Source of the DNA: an uncultured Candidatus Saccharibacteria bacterium
GTDB lineage: Bacteria; Patescibacteriota; Saccharimonadia; Saccharimonadales; Saccharimonadaceae
DNA length: 57,325 nucleotides
NCBI GenBank assembly: GCA_963547725.1
Contig: CAUUSE010000001.1
Span: 1-57,325, forward strand
Direction of reading: 5' to 3'
Below, piece after piece: positions 27,700 to 37,034 of this stretch. The position numbers and the translations under genes are program-made. The notes below the pieces were generated by a model, which was given only the letters and a program-made list of their open reading frames with translations, searched no databases and was not told where the DNA came from. Within the stretch, counting starts at the first letter, position 1, and each line of letters starts with the position of its first letter.

Positions 27700-30161
27700 A
27701 CGAGGTGCGGCCGGAGTTTCGCTATCACAGCTTGCGGGCGCAAAAGGCGCGGTTCACGGCGCGGTTTGGTGCGGTCTGGCATGTATTGGTGGTGCTCGTC
27801 GCTGTTGCATTGGGGCTGGGTGGCGTTTGGCTATTGATCAAGCACGGGCCGGTTGGCTGGTTGATGATCGGTCTGGTGGGGCCACTGGCGATGCTCAGTG
27901 TGTGGTGGCAGGGCGATCTCAAGACGATGGCGGTGAGCGCACGGGCGGAGACGATTGATGATGTGATGGCAGCGGATGTGCTGGGCCGCCTGAGCCAGAG
28001 GCCGTCACCGAAAGAGATCGCGCTGGCGGTTGGTCAGTCGCGGGCCGGGCAATTCCTCGGGGTGCGGTTGGGCCTCACACCGAACTTTTTGGCGAATATC
28101 GCCTCGGATAACCCGAATGATACGTCAGCCTTGTGGCAATCAGCGCTGCAGATTTGGCGTGATACCAACAGCCCAAAGGTGACAGGCGCGGTGTTAGCTG
28201 CGGCAATTGTCGAGCAATTTCCGAATCATGACGCTCTGCTAGCAAATCTAAAAATTGATTTTCGTGATGTGCTGGGTGGCATTATGTGGTATGAGCGTCT
28301 CAAGTCGTTGATCGAGCAGTTCAAGCAAAAGCCGCTCCACACTGGCGGCATTGCACGCGATTGGTCGTTTGGCTATACGCCGCTATTGAGCCGGTTCGCC
28401 CAGAACCTCAGCCTGCAGGTATCGGGCGGGACGATGATCTCGCAGCTGGACGCTCATCAGGCGGCGCTGGAGCAGCTGATGACAATTTTTGGCTCGAATG
28501 GCCGGCAGAATGCAGCGCTGGTCGGGCTCAATGGGGCCGGCAAGAGTACGGTCGTGGCGGCGTTCGCTGAGATGCTCATTGACGGACATAAAACCGTGCC
28601 GTCATCGCTGCTCTATCGGCAGATTTTCCTGCTGGACGCCTCGTCGCTGATCTCGGCAGCAGCCGGTCGGGGCGAGCTGGAAGCGCTGGTGACGCAGATT
28701 CTCAACGAAGCATTTTTATCAAAGAATGTCATTTTGTGTCTCGATAATGCTCAGCTGTTTTTCGAGGAGGGCGTTGGTTCGGTTGATCTGAGTAATTTGC
28801 TACTGCCAATCTTGGAGGCGGGCAGGCTGCGAATTATCCTCACCATGGATAGTCAGCGCTACTTGCAGATTTCTCAGCGCAACGCCCAGCTGGCGACGGC
28901 GCTCAATACCATTGTTATTGAGCCATCATCGCCGGAGGAGACGGTGCGAATTATGCGTGATCAGCTGATCAGCCTTGAACATCGCCACAAAGTGACCTAC
29001 ATGTATCAAGCCATCGCCGAAGCCTACCGCGTCGGCGAGCGCTATGTCCAAGACGTGGCGATGCCAGGTCGGGCACTCAAGGTGCTGGAGGCGGCAGCTC
29101 ATTATGCGTCGTCCGGTCTGGTGACGGCCCAGTCGGTTGATGACGCAGTCGAAAAAACCATGGGTATCAAGATTGCGACTGCCTCGACTAATGACGAACG
29201 GGAGAAACTCTTGAACCTCGAAGACCTGATTCATCAACGGATGATCAATCAAACGCGTGCCGTTAGCGTCATCTCTGATGCGATTCGGCGAGCGCGCGCC
29301 GGCGTGCGCAATCCTGATCGGCCGATTGGTACGTTTTTGTTCCTCGGTCCGACTGGTGTCGGTAAAACTGAGCTGTCCAAAGCGCTGGCGGATATCTATT
29401 TTGGCGGCGAGGGCAATCTCATCCGGCTGGATCTCAACGAATTTGTTCGGGCCGAGGACGTGGCGCGGCTGATCGCTGATGGGGCGAATGATCCGATGAG
29501 CCTGACCGCCCAGGTGCAGAAGCGACCATTCTCGGTGGTACTGCTCGATGAAATTGAAAAGGCGCATCCGCAGGTGCTCACGACGCTTTTACAGTTACTG
29601 GACGAGGGAATTTTACGTGACGAGAAAAACCGTGATATTAGTTTTCGTGACGCCATTATTATCGCCACATCGAATGCTGGGGCTGAGCGGATCCGCGAAT
29701 ACATCGAGCGTGGCTACCAACTGGAGCAGTTTGAGCAAACATTTATCAATGAGCTGATCAATGCTAACCTATTTCGTCCGGAATTCTTGAACCGCTTTGA
29801 TGAAATCGTGCTATTTCGTCCCTTGGGCAAAGAAGAGCTGCTGCAGGTCGTTGATCTCATTTTGGCTGGTATCAATCGAACGCTGGCGCCACAAAAAATC
29901 CAAGTCGCCGTCGAAGAGGCGGGTAAAAAATTACTGGTTGACGCTGGCTACGACCCGCGCCTCGGCGCCCGTCCGATGCGCCGTGTGGTGCAGCGAGCTG
30001 TCGAGAATACCGTTGCCAAGCAGCTACTCGCTGGCACCGTCGCGCCGGGCTCAACGACGATTATCACGGCGGAGCAGATACGAGCGGTGGTCGGCGAGGC
30101 GGCCGATGGCAGTAGTATGGTGTCCCCAGGCCCGGGCGTGCCGCCGATATTACTCGGATAG
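27696..30161 (+). CDS. ClpA/B-like double AAA+ ATPase with N-terminal TM helices
   Basis: D1 GLNGAGKS with LDN Walker B; D2 FLFLGPTGVGKTE, LLDEIEKAHP, FRPEFLNRFD, GYDPRLGARPMRR. Confidence 0.9.
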   Translation: MNEVRPEFRYHSLRAQKARFTARFGAVWHVLVVLVAVALGLGGVWLLIKHGPVGWLMIGLVGPLAMLSVWWQGDLKTMAVSARAETIDDVMAADVLGRLSQRPSPKEIALAVGQSRAGQFLGVRLGLTPNFLANIASDNPNDTSALWQSALQIWRDTNSPKVTGAVLAAAIVEQFPNHDALLANLKIDFRDVLGGIMWYERLKSLIEQFKQKPLHTGGIARDWSFGYTPLLSRFAQNLSLQVSGGTMISQLDAHQAALEQLMTIFGSNGRQNAALVGLNGAGKSTVVAAFAEMLIDGHKTVPSSLLYRQIFLLDASSLISAAAGRGELEALVTQILNEAFLSKNVILCLDNAQLFFEEGVGSVDLSNLLLPILEAGRLRIILTMDSQRYLQISQRNAQLATALNTIVIEPSSPEETVRIMRDQLISLEHRHKVTYMYQAIAEAYRVGERYVQDVAMPGRALKVLEAAAHYASSGLVTAQSVDDAVEKTMGIKIATASTNDEREKLLNLEDLIHQRMINQTRAVSVISDAIRRARAGVRNPDRPIGTFLFLGPTGVGKTELSKALADIYFGGEGNLIRLDLNEFVRAEDVARLIADGANDPMSLTAQVQKRPFSVVLLDEIEKAHPQVLTTLLQLLDEGILRDEKNRDISFRDAIIIATSNAGAERIREYIERGYQLEQFEQTFINELINANLFRPEFLNRFDEIVLFRPLGKEELLQVVDLILAGINRTLAPQKIQVAVEEAGKKLLVDAGYDPRLGARPMRRVVQRAVENTVAKQLLAGTVAPGSTTIITAEQIRAVVGEAADGSSMVSPGPGVPPILLG

Positions 30162-30200
30162 TAGAGTTGCCAATATAATTTAATATTGTATAATAGGCAC

Positions 30201-31589
30201 ATGGCTAAGAGCGGTATGGAGTTTTCCGGGCGCGGAAGTGAGATTAAAGCGCAATCGCCCCATTCAATTGAGGGGCTTGTAGAGAGTGGTTTTATTGATG
30301 AAAGTGGGCAACTAACCGAGCGGACACGTCGCGCCATACCGCGAGGGGGCGTAGAGGTAGTAACACCTATTAAGGTGCTAGAGGATGGAGAATTGGTTGA
30401 CCCGAAGCTTTCAAGAGAGGTGCAGGATTCCTGTTTTGTTATTGCGGACGGGGTAATTGTAGGGGGGTGTTTTCTTGATCTCCCCGGGTCTGAGATGGTT
30501 GAATATAACGGCCGCATCTCCAACCATGGCTTTGTTACCATATGCCAAGATCCTATGCTCGTGAATATTGTCGAGCAACTTGAAGATATAGCTCGGGAAG
30601 ATCAACATACTAGGCTAACACTACGGGATATGGGTGCTCTCGGATTTGGCGGCTTTGTCGCTGGTGGAGGTATGTCATGGCTAGGTTCTGGCGAGCCATT
30701 TCTGACGACAGCTGGGACTGTCGTGGGCGGTGCGGTTGGGTCAATTGGTTTTCGACTGACTAAAAGAAAATGGCTTGAGGGGCAGGTAGAACAACTTAGT
30801 CGGGTAATACATGAACGCCCCGACAACATTACCATTAACCTCGACCTTATTGACAAGGCGCGAGCGAGCAAGCCGTCACCGGTGGTATCTAGTCTGCAGT
30901 GGTTTTGGAAGACGAGCAGAGTCGACTCTAACTTTAGATTTGATGCACAGATAATAACTATCAATAATATTATTCGGTTTATATTTAGAGATCCGCGATA
31001 TAACTCGGACGCCCTTATGTTTGCCAAGAAGTGCCAAGAGTGCCAACAAGAGTATGACGCAATACAGCGTGAGCGAGCCGCACTGGAAGTTCGTACTAGC
31101 ATGGGCATAAAAACTAACGATGGTCAATTGGACGCGCGTGAGAGTCATACTGATGAATATTTGGCAGACTGTTTCTTGCAGCTGTTCGATGGTGTGAAAG
31201 AGACACACGACCGACTAGAGCGGGAAGAACAGCAACGACAATCGCGGCGCGAGTTTGATGCCACGATAGAGCGCCTCACGACCGTTACCGAAGAAGAAAT
31301 TAAGTGTCAATCAGCGAAAGTATTTCATGATGAGTTGATGCGGTCTCTGAGCGGAGAAACGCTGATAGGTTTTAGTGGAGGCGAACAAGGCGTCTATACA
31401 TCAGCAATAATATGGGCAATGGACTTCATCCATAAATTACCGCGGATGATAACCCCCAGCCTGTCGGTATATAAGGCGTATGATCATTTTCAAAGTAAAA
31501 TCAAAGTCATGACAGACGGCAGGTTGACATTGCCAACAACTGATGAATTCCAACAAAAATACCCCGTCATCGACCAGGGTATCGTCTAG
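30201..31589 (+). CDS. Hypothetical protein with glycine-rich hydrophobic hairpin and coiled coils
   Basis: 462-aa ORF; TATAAT 6 nt upstream of ATG. Confidence 0.7.
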   Translation: MAKSGMEFSGRGSEIKAQSPHSIEGLVESGFIDESGQLTERTRRAIPRGGVEVVTPIKVLEDGELVDPKLSREVQDSCFVIADGVIVGGCFLDLPGSEMVEYNGRISNHGFVTICQDPMLVNIVEQLEDIAREDQHTRLTLRDMGALGFGGFVAGGGMSWLGSGEPFLTTAGTVVGGAVGSIGFRLTKRKWLEGQVEQLSRVIHERPDNITINLDLIDKARASKPSPVVSSLQWFWKTSRVDSNFRFDAQIITINNIIRFIFRDPRYNSDALMFAKKCQECQQEYDAIQRERAALEVRTSMGIKTNDGQLDARESHTDEYLADCFLQLFDGVKETHDRLEREEQQRQSRREFDATIERLTTVTEEEIKCQSAKVFHDELMRSLSGETLIGFSGGEQGVYTSAIIWAMDFIHKLPRMITPSLSVYKAYDHFQSKIKVMTDGRLTLPTTDEFQQKYPVIDQGIV

Positions 31590-31594
31590 TATAG

Positions 31595-31671
31595 TGGTAC
31601 CCCGCACAGGAATCGAACCTGCAACCTTTGGTACCGGAAACCAACGCTCTATCCAGTTGAGCTAACGGGGC
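31595..31671 (-). tRNA. tRNA-Arg(CCG)
   Basis: Cloverleaf; ttggt-ttccggt-accaa; CCA end. Confidence 0.93.
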
Positions 31672-31721
31672 ATAACTAACGCGCTGATAGGAAAAGGTCC
31701 GGTAGGAAAGCGCGAAAATCA

Positions 31722-31798
31722 TGGTACACCCGGCAAGATTCGAACTTGCGACCCCTTGGTTCGAAGCCAAGTACTCTAATCCACTGAGCTACGGGTGC
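31722..31798 (-). tRNA. tRNA-Arg(TCG)
   Basis: Cloverleaf; cttgg-cttcgaa-ccaag; CCA end. Confidence 0.93.
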
Positions 31799-31854
31799 AC
31801 ACGAGGGTATTATACCACGCGCCGCGCCTAAATAGAAATGATATAATGTATCAT

Positions 31855-32874
31855 ATGGAGATACGAACAGAGATTCCGTTGCAACAATATACGACGATGC
31901 GCCTCGGCGGCACAGCACGCTTTATGGCATCGGCGACGTCGGTGAATGAGGTTAGGGAGCTATATAAAAGTGCCAAGGTGCAGGGCATACCGATCTTTGT
32001 CCTCGGCGGCGGCAGTAATGTCATCGCTCGCGACGAAGGGTTTGAGGGGGCGGTGCTACTCAATCGAATCAAGGGGTTTGCAGTGCTGACTGATGATGGT
32101 CAGACGGCAACGATCAAGGTTGGTGCGGGTGAAATATGGGATGAGGTGGTTAAGCGTACAGTTACCATGGGACTGAGCGGCATTGAGGCGATGTCGGCCA
32201 TCCCTGGTACAGCCGGCGCCGCACCGGTACAGAACGTTGGTGCATACGGCCAGGAAGTTGCTGATGTGCTCACTGAGCTAGAGGCGTACGACTCGCTGAC
32301 TGACCGGGTGGTGACCTTAGGCGCAGCGGAATGCGGGTTTTCATATCGGCATAGTATTTTTCGTGGTGAGGCGAGCGGCCGCTACTGCATTCTCTCAATT
32401 ACCATCAAGCTCCATCACGCAGCGCCAAAACCGCCGTTCTATGCCGGCTTGCAGCGGTATTTGACCAACATGAACATCACGACCTTTACGCCGCAGGTGA
32501 TTCGTGACGCGGTTATGGCGATTCGGTTTGATAAGTTACCCGATCCGACCGAGCGACCTAACGCTGGTTCATTCTTCAAGAACGCGCTGATTGAATCATG
32601 GCAGCTCGATGAACTTCGTGAACAGTATCCGGATGTGCCGTCCTATGACATGCCGGACGGCCGACACAAGGTGCCGACGGGTTGGCTGATTGAACAGGCT
32701 GGGCTCAAGGGGGTATTGCTTCACGGCATGCGGGTGCACGACAAGAACGCGCTGGTATTAATCAATGAATCGGCGACCAGCTACCACGATCTGGCGGCGG
32801 CACGTGACGCCATTATCCAGGCAGTGTACGATAAGTTCCACATCCAGATCCAACAAGAACCGTTAGAAATTTGA
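31855..32874 (+). CDS. murB: UDP-N-acetylmuramate dehydrogenase
   Basis: LGGGSNV, IPGTAGAAPVQNVGAYG, FSYRHSIF, NAGSFFKN, NALVLIN. Confidence 0.95.
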   Translation: MEIRTEIPLQQYTTMRLGGTARFMASATSVNEVRELYKSAKVQGIPIFVLGGGSNVIARDEGFEGAVLLNRIKGFAVLTDDGQTATIKVGAGEIWDEVVKRTVTMGLSGIEAMSAIPGTAGAAPVQNVGAYGQEVADVLTELEAYDSLTDRVVTLGAAECGFSYRHSIFRGEASGRYCILSITIKLHHAAPKPPFYAGLQRYLTNMNITTFTPQVIRDAVMAIRFDKLPDPTERPNAGSFFKNALIESWQLDELREQYPDVPSYDMPDGRHKVPTGWLIEQAGLKGVLLHGMRVHDKNALVLINESATSYHDLAAARDAIIQAVYDKFHIQIQQEPLEI

Positions 32875-32921
32875 GCGCCAAAACGCTTGCGCTTATGCAT
32901 ATTTCCGAGTATGATGGGGGT

Positions 32922-33509
32922 ATGAAGGGACGGGGGTTTACGCTAGTCGAGCTGATCATTGCTATTGCTGTCATGGCGATTCTATTGGTGCTCGCGACAT
33001 TAAGTTTTCGTAATTATCAGGCGGCGGCACGTGACAAGGAGCGTGAGGCCGATGTCCTCGCTCTGCAGAACTATCTCGAGAGTGTCTATCCACGGGAAAT
33101 TCGCGACAGTGCCGGTAACGTCATCAAGCCCGCTGGCGGCTATCCGGCGTACGTTTCCGGGGCTAGCGGCGCTGGCAAGATGAGTGCGGCGCAGTTTGCA
33201 GCGGCGTTTGACGAACTGGGTGGTGCCGCCAAGACTGGCCCGCTGGATCGAGAACGCCTCATTTCAGCGATTAACGGTACATTCGGTGTCAATCCAATAA
33301 CTAACATTAGTCAACTGCTTGCCAAAAAAGATGATTACGAAAACACCAAGATCACTAACTATCCAAATGGTGCGTACATTTACGTTGCCGGCGCTAAGGA
33401 TGGTGTATGTGATGAGGCGGGCGCAGCCTGTCGGCGCTATACGATTTTTTATCATTTAGAAACGAAGGAGCCGGGTAAATGGCAAGTACTCAACAGCAAA
33501 CGTCTCTAA
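32922..33509 (+). CDS. Prepilin-type (type IV) minor pilin
   Basis: RG/FTLVELIIAIAVMAILL cleavage motif; C-terminal Cys pair. Confidence 0.88.
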   Translation: MKGRGFTLVELIIAIAVMAILLVLATLSFRNYQAAARDKEREADVLALQNYLESVYPREIRDSAGNVIKPAGGYPAYVSGASGAGKMSAAQFAAAFDELGGAAKTGPLDRERLISAINGTFGVNPITNISQLLAKKDDYENTKITNYPNGAYIYVAGAKDGVCDEAGAACRRYTIFYHLETKEPGKWQVLNSKRL

Positions 33510-33901
33510 GGCATAAGGGCTATAAAAACGGCTTTACCGTCATTGAATTGATGATCACCTTGATTATTGCCGGGATCTTTTTAATGAGTGGCTACCAGTT
33601 GTACGGGGCGGTATTGGTACGTAATACCGAGGCTCGCCGCACCTCAGAAGCTGCCAATCTCGGCTACGGCATCCTACGTGAACGTGGTTTGTATAAAACG
33701 GTGTCTGAGGTTTGTGGTAGTGGTGCAGTCAAGACTGAACACGTGACGCCACCGACCACGCCAACATTGCCGGATCCAGTACGTGCCCGAGTCGAATATT
33801 GCAAAGTGCCAAACAGCATCGCGGTCATTCGTGTTGCGGTAATTATTACTTATGGAACGCCAGCGCAGGAGGTGGTGCATGCGACGTACATTTCGGGCTA
33901 A
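33479..33901 (+). CDS. Prepilin-type minor pilin
   Basis: NG/FTVIELMITLII. Confidence 0.85.
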   Translation: MASTQQQTSLRHKGYKNGFTVIELMITLIIAGIFLMSGYQLYGAVLVRNTEARRTSEAANLGYGILRERGLYKTVSEVCGSGAVKTEHVTPPTTPTLPDPVRARVEYCKVPNSIAVIRVAVIITYGTPAQEVVHATYISG

Positions 33902-34541
33902 TTCTAATCGGCAGTACAGCCAGGGCTTTACGCTGATCGAGATCTTGGCGATTGCGCCAGTCATTATTTTGGTACTGGCGGGTATTATTGGCCTAATCAT
34001 TAATCTCACTGGTTCGTCAATGGTCACCAGCGCCAAGTCACAATTACAGAGTGATGTGCTAACGGCACTTGATCGAATTGAGGCAGATGTACGGCTCAGT
34101 ACCACGCTTGAGGGAACAACATCCTCGTATGTGCGCATACATAGTCTCGCTACCAGCGAAAACCCCTATAGTTCGACGCGGCGCCTGATCCAAAAAAGTG
34201 ATTGCGGCGTGGCGTGGGGAGCGGTTGCTATCGCTGACGCCAAGACCTATACGACTGAGTATTTCCAGAGTGGCTCGGAACTCAAGCGCAAGACGATGTA
34301 CGATGGCTCATGTCCGAGCGCCACCGACCGTATCTGGCAGTTGGACGGGGCAGTCGAAACGATCATCGATACCAGTACGGTGCTTAATTTCAATGTTTGC
34401 AAGATCAATGACGGTACGCTCAAAGTCAGCCTCGGGGTAACCAAGACGGTTGCGGGTCAGAATATCGAATATTCCAGTCAGCGCTTCGTCAAGTCAATCA
34501 ATGTTCCTGTAAACGGCACTGCCGGCGCCTCGTGTCCATAG
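33879..34541 (+). CDS. Prepilin-type minor pilin
   Basis: QG/FTLIEILAIAPVII; start 33852 or 33879. Confidence 0.85.
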   Translation: MRRTFRANSNRQYSQGFTLIEILAIAPVIILVLAGIIGLIINLTGSSMVTSAKSQLQSDVLTALDRIEADVRLSTTLEGTTSSYVRIHSLATSENPYSSTRRLIQKSDCGVAWGAVAIADAKTYTTEYFQSGSELKRKTMYDGSCPSATDRIWQLDGAVETIIDTSTVLNFNVCKINDGTLKVSLGVTKTVAGQNIEYSSQRFVKSINVPVNGTAGASCP

Positions 34542-34655
34542 CGGGTTCGGGTGGGTCGTGTGGATAACGCCCGTTTCGAGCAGGAAGTACTTTGAGGTAC
34601 TACCTCTGTTTTTATGGCCAACGTGAGTCGAATCAGGGAATTATTCATAAAATGC

Positions 34656-34684
34656 TTGCGCTTTTATAATCGCTTTGCTACAAT
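34656..34684 (+). promoter_or_regulatory. Sigma70-type promoter of major pilin copy A
   Basis: TTGCGC-17 bp-TACAAT; same TTGCGC-17-TATGAT pattern precedes pilin at 32922. Confidence 0.6.
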
Positions 34685-34713
34685 CAAGTTACAATAATAA
34701 CTAACTAAAAATA

Positions 34714-34853
34714 GGGGGCAAATCAGAAATGATTTCTTCAAACAAAACTAAAGGTTTCACATTGGTTGAGCTCTTGATCGTTATCGTGGTCATCGCTATC
34801 TTGGCTGCTATTTCGATTGTGGCGTACAATGGTGTGACACAAAAAGCACGTGA
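34714..34853 (+). repeat. 140-bp exact inverted repeat, left arm (RBS plus pilin codons 1-41)
   Basis: Base-for-base reverse complement of 35535-35674. Confidence 0.95.
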
Positions 34854-35148
34854 CGATGAGCGCATATCAGATGCACGCAACATCATTAACGCCATTTCAT
34901 CATACAATGCTGAAAATGAAGGTAAATGGCTTACTGCTAGTGATGCCGATAAGACCATATTAAAGGGCTATAATACAGTTAAGGTGCCAGCAAAGGCTGT
35001 TGATAAGCTTAGTGATAATACCGTCGATAAAGACCACTATAAGCTAGAGACATGTGGTAGTCCTCAAACTGGTGCAAAGATTACTATTTGGAACGAGGCC
35101 AAGAATGCCATTCACACCGAAACCTATACGGCTGGATCGGGTTGCTAG
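34729..35148 (+). CDS. Type IV major pilin, copy A
   Basis: KG/FTLVELLIVIVVIAILAAISIVAYNG; C-terminal Cys pair. Confidence 0.92.
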   Translation: MISSNKTKGFTLVELLIVIVVIAILAAISIVAYNGVTQKARDDERISDARNIINAISSYNAENEGKWLTASDADKTILKGYNTVKVPAKAVDKLSDNTVDKDHYKLETCGSPQTGAKITIWNEAKNAIHTETYTAGSGC

Positions 35149-35172
35149 GCTGAGAGAACTAAAAGACCAAAC

Positions 35173-35205
35173 AAAAGAGCTCCAAGGGGTATGTGGAGCT
35201 CTTTT
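35173..35205. terminator. Bidirectional intrinsic terminator between convergent pilins
   Basis: aaaagagctcca-aggggtatg-tggagctctttt. Confidence 0.85.
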
Positions 35206-35224
35206 ATTCGCGCGGGTAGATAGT

Positions 35225-35659
35225 TTATCGGCATGTACCTGCTGTCATATTCTGAATTCCACTATTTGGACTTTCTTCTCGAAGGTACTCGACTCGGACG
35301 CCAGTAGCTTCTTTTTTATTGGAGGTAAATCCGTTATTTTTACAAAGTTGAAATTTATACGTATCGCGGCCGGCACTAATAGACGAGCCCACTTTTGTCG
35401 AGTCGGTTAGATTTGGCGGTAGTTTAACGACAGTGTAGCTAGCAAGGTCATTGATGTCGGGCCAAAAATCGCGGTCTGACTTATGGATTGCGGCGGCATT
35501 GACAATATTACGTGCATTTGATTCTCGTTCCCTATCACGTGCTTTTTGTGTCACACCATTGTACGCCACAATCGAAATAGCAGCCAAGATAGCGATGACC
35601 ACGATAACGATCAAGAGCTCAACCAATGTGAAACCTTTAGTTTTGTTTGAAGAAATCAT
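35225..35659 (-). CDS. Type IV major pilin, copy B
   Basis: First 42 aa identical to copy A; divergent globular domain with Cys pair. Confidence 0.92.
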   Translation of the reverse strand: MISSNKTKGFTLVELLIVIVVIAILAAISIVAYNGVTQKARDRERESNARNIVNAAAIHKSDRDFWPDINDLASYTVVKLPPNLTDSTKVGSSISAGRDTYKFQLCKNNGFTSNKKEATGVRVEYLREESPNSGIQNMTAGTCR

Positions 35660-35674
35660 TTCTGATTTGCCCCC
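35535..35674 (-). repeat. 140-bp exact inverted repeat, right arm
   Basis: Reverse complement of 34714-34853. Confidence 0.95.
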
Positions 35675-35689
35675 CCAAGTTATTTAGTA

Positions 35690-36961
35690 TTACTTATATG
35701 GTAGCGGAAAACGCGCCGCAAGACTAGTAGTTTGCTGCTTAATTTTTGCGTATTCTGCCGAGTCCTCTGCGGTTATCGCTGTGATAATCCACTTGGCAAT
35801 CTGTTTGACTTCCGCCTCCGTCATGCCGCGTGTCGTCACCGCTGGCGTGCCGAGGCGTAGGCCGCTTGGACGGAATGGTGGCAGGGTGTCGTTCGGTATA
35901 GCATTGGCGTTGGCGGTGATGCCACTGGCCTCTAGCCGTTCCTGAGCAGTCTTGCCGTCAATGCCGAAGCTGCCATAGATGTCCGCTAACACTAGATGGT
36001 TGCTGGTGCCGCCTGTTACTAATGTCAGGCCGCCGCGCTTCAATTCATCTGCCAGAACGGCCGCATTCTTTACGATTTGCTGGGCGTATTCCGTGAACTC
36101 TGGACGTAGCGCCTCGCCAAAGGCCACTGCCTTGGCGGCGATGGTGTGCATGTGCGGGCCGCCTTGAGTGCCAGGGAAGACCGCCCGGTCGATCAGTGTC
36201 GGCAAGTTTTCCAAAGTTTTTTCTGGCCGCTTCAAAGGATTGCTGGCTATGCCCCTCGACAAAATTAAGCCGCCGCGTGGGCCACGCAAGGTTTTGTGCG
36301 TGGTAGTGGTGATAACGTGAAAGCCATAATCAAACGGATTTTTAGCCACGCCGCCAACGATTAATCCAGCGATGTGGCTCATATCCGCCATCAACATAGC
36401 GCCGACTTCGTTGCCAATCTCGGCAAACTTGGCGTAATCCAGTTCCCGCGGATAGGCCGAGAAGCCCGCCAAGATGATTTTTGGCCGATGTTCTAGCGCC
36501 AAACGGCGAATTTCTTCATAGTCAATTTCGCCAGTCTCGACGTCCTTGATGCCGTAGCGGATGAAGGTATATTCGCGGGCCGAGCGAGTCACCGGTGCAC
36601 CATGTGTTAAGTGGCCGCCGTGTGCCAAATCCATCGCCAAAATGGTATCGCCCGGCTCGCACCACGCATAATACACCGCCTCATTCGCCTGGGCGCCGGA
36701 GTGCGGCTGGACATTGGCGTGATCAGCGCCGAATAGCTTTTTAGCGCGGTCAATCGCCAGTTGCTCAATTTGGTCGGTATTGTCCTGCCCGCCATAGTAG
36801 CGCCGGCCTGGATAGCCCTCAGAATATTTGTTGGTAAAGACGCTACCCAGCGCTTTGAGTACACTAGTTGAAACGTAATTTTCGCTTGGGATCAGCTCAA
36901 TCCCCCGTTGTTGTCGTTTTATTTCTGCCGCAATTAAATCGGCGACCTGTGTATCTTGCAT
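35690..36961 (-). CDS. glyA: Serine hydroxymethyltransferase
   Basis: LIPSENY, NKYSEGYPGRRYYGG, GGHLTHG, TTTHKTLRGPRGG, SGLRLGTPAVTTRG. Confidence 0.97.
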   Translation of the reverse strand: MQDTQVADLIAAEIKRQQRGIELIPSENYVSTSVLKALGSVFTNKYSEGYPGRRYYGGQDNTDQIEQLAIDRAKKLFGADHANVQPHSGAQANEAVYYAWCEPGDTILAMDLAHGGHLTHGAPVTRSAREYTFIRYGIKDVETGEIDYEEIRRLALEHRPKIILAGFSAYPRELDYAKFAEIGNEVGAMLMADMSHIAGLIVGGVAKNPFDYGFHVITTTTHKTLRGPRGGLILSRGIASNPLKRPEKTLENLPTLIDRAVFPGTQGGPHMHTIAAKAVAFGEALRPEFTEYAQQIVKNAAVLADELKRGGLTLVTGGTSNHLVLADIYGSFGIDGKTAQERLEASGITANANAIPNDTLPPFRPSGLRLGTPAVTTRGMTEAEVKQIAKWIITAITAEDSAEYAKIKQQTTSLAARFPLPYK

Positions 36962-37000
36962 AACACTCCCTCCTTTTCCTTTATTATAGCACTTTACATC

Positions 37001-37020
37001 ATATATCATGTGTGATATAT
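37001..37020. promoter_or_regulatory. Palindromic operator between divergent glyA and HTH-murA
   Basis: ATATATCA-tgtg-TGATATAT. Confidence 0.6.
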
Positions 37021-37034
37021 TGTACGCTATGAGC

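Noticed and set aside
32922..35659. Diversity-generating retroelement or shufflon acting on the pilins
   Set aside because: No reverse transcriptase, no adenine-specific TR/VR pair, no Rci/Piv gene or short multi-copy sites; only one long repeat pair
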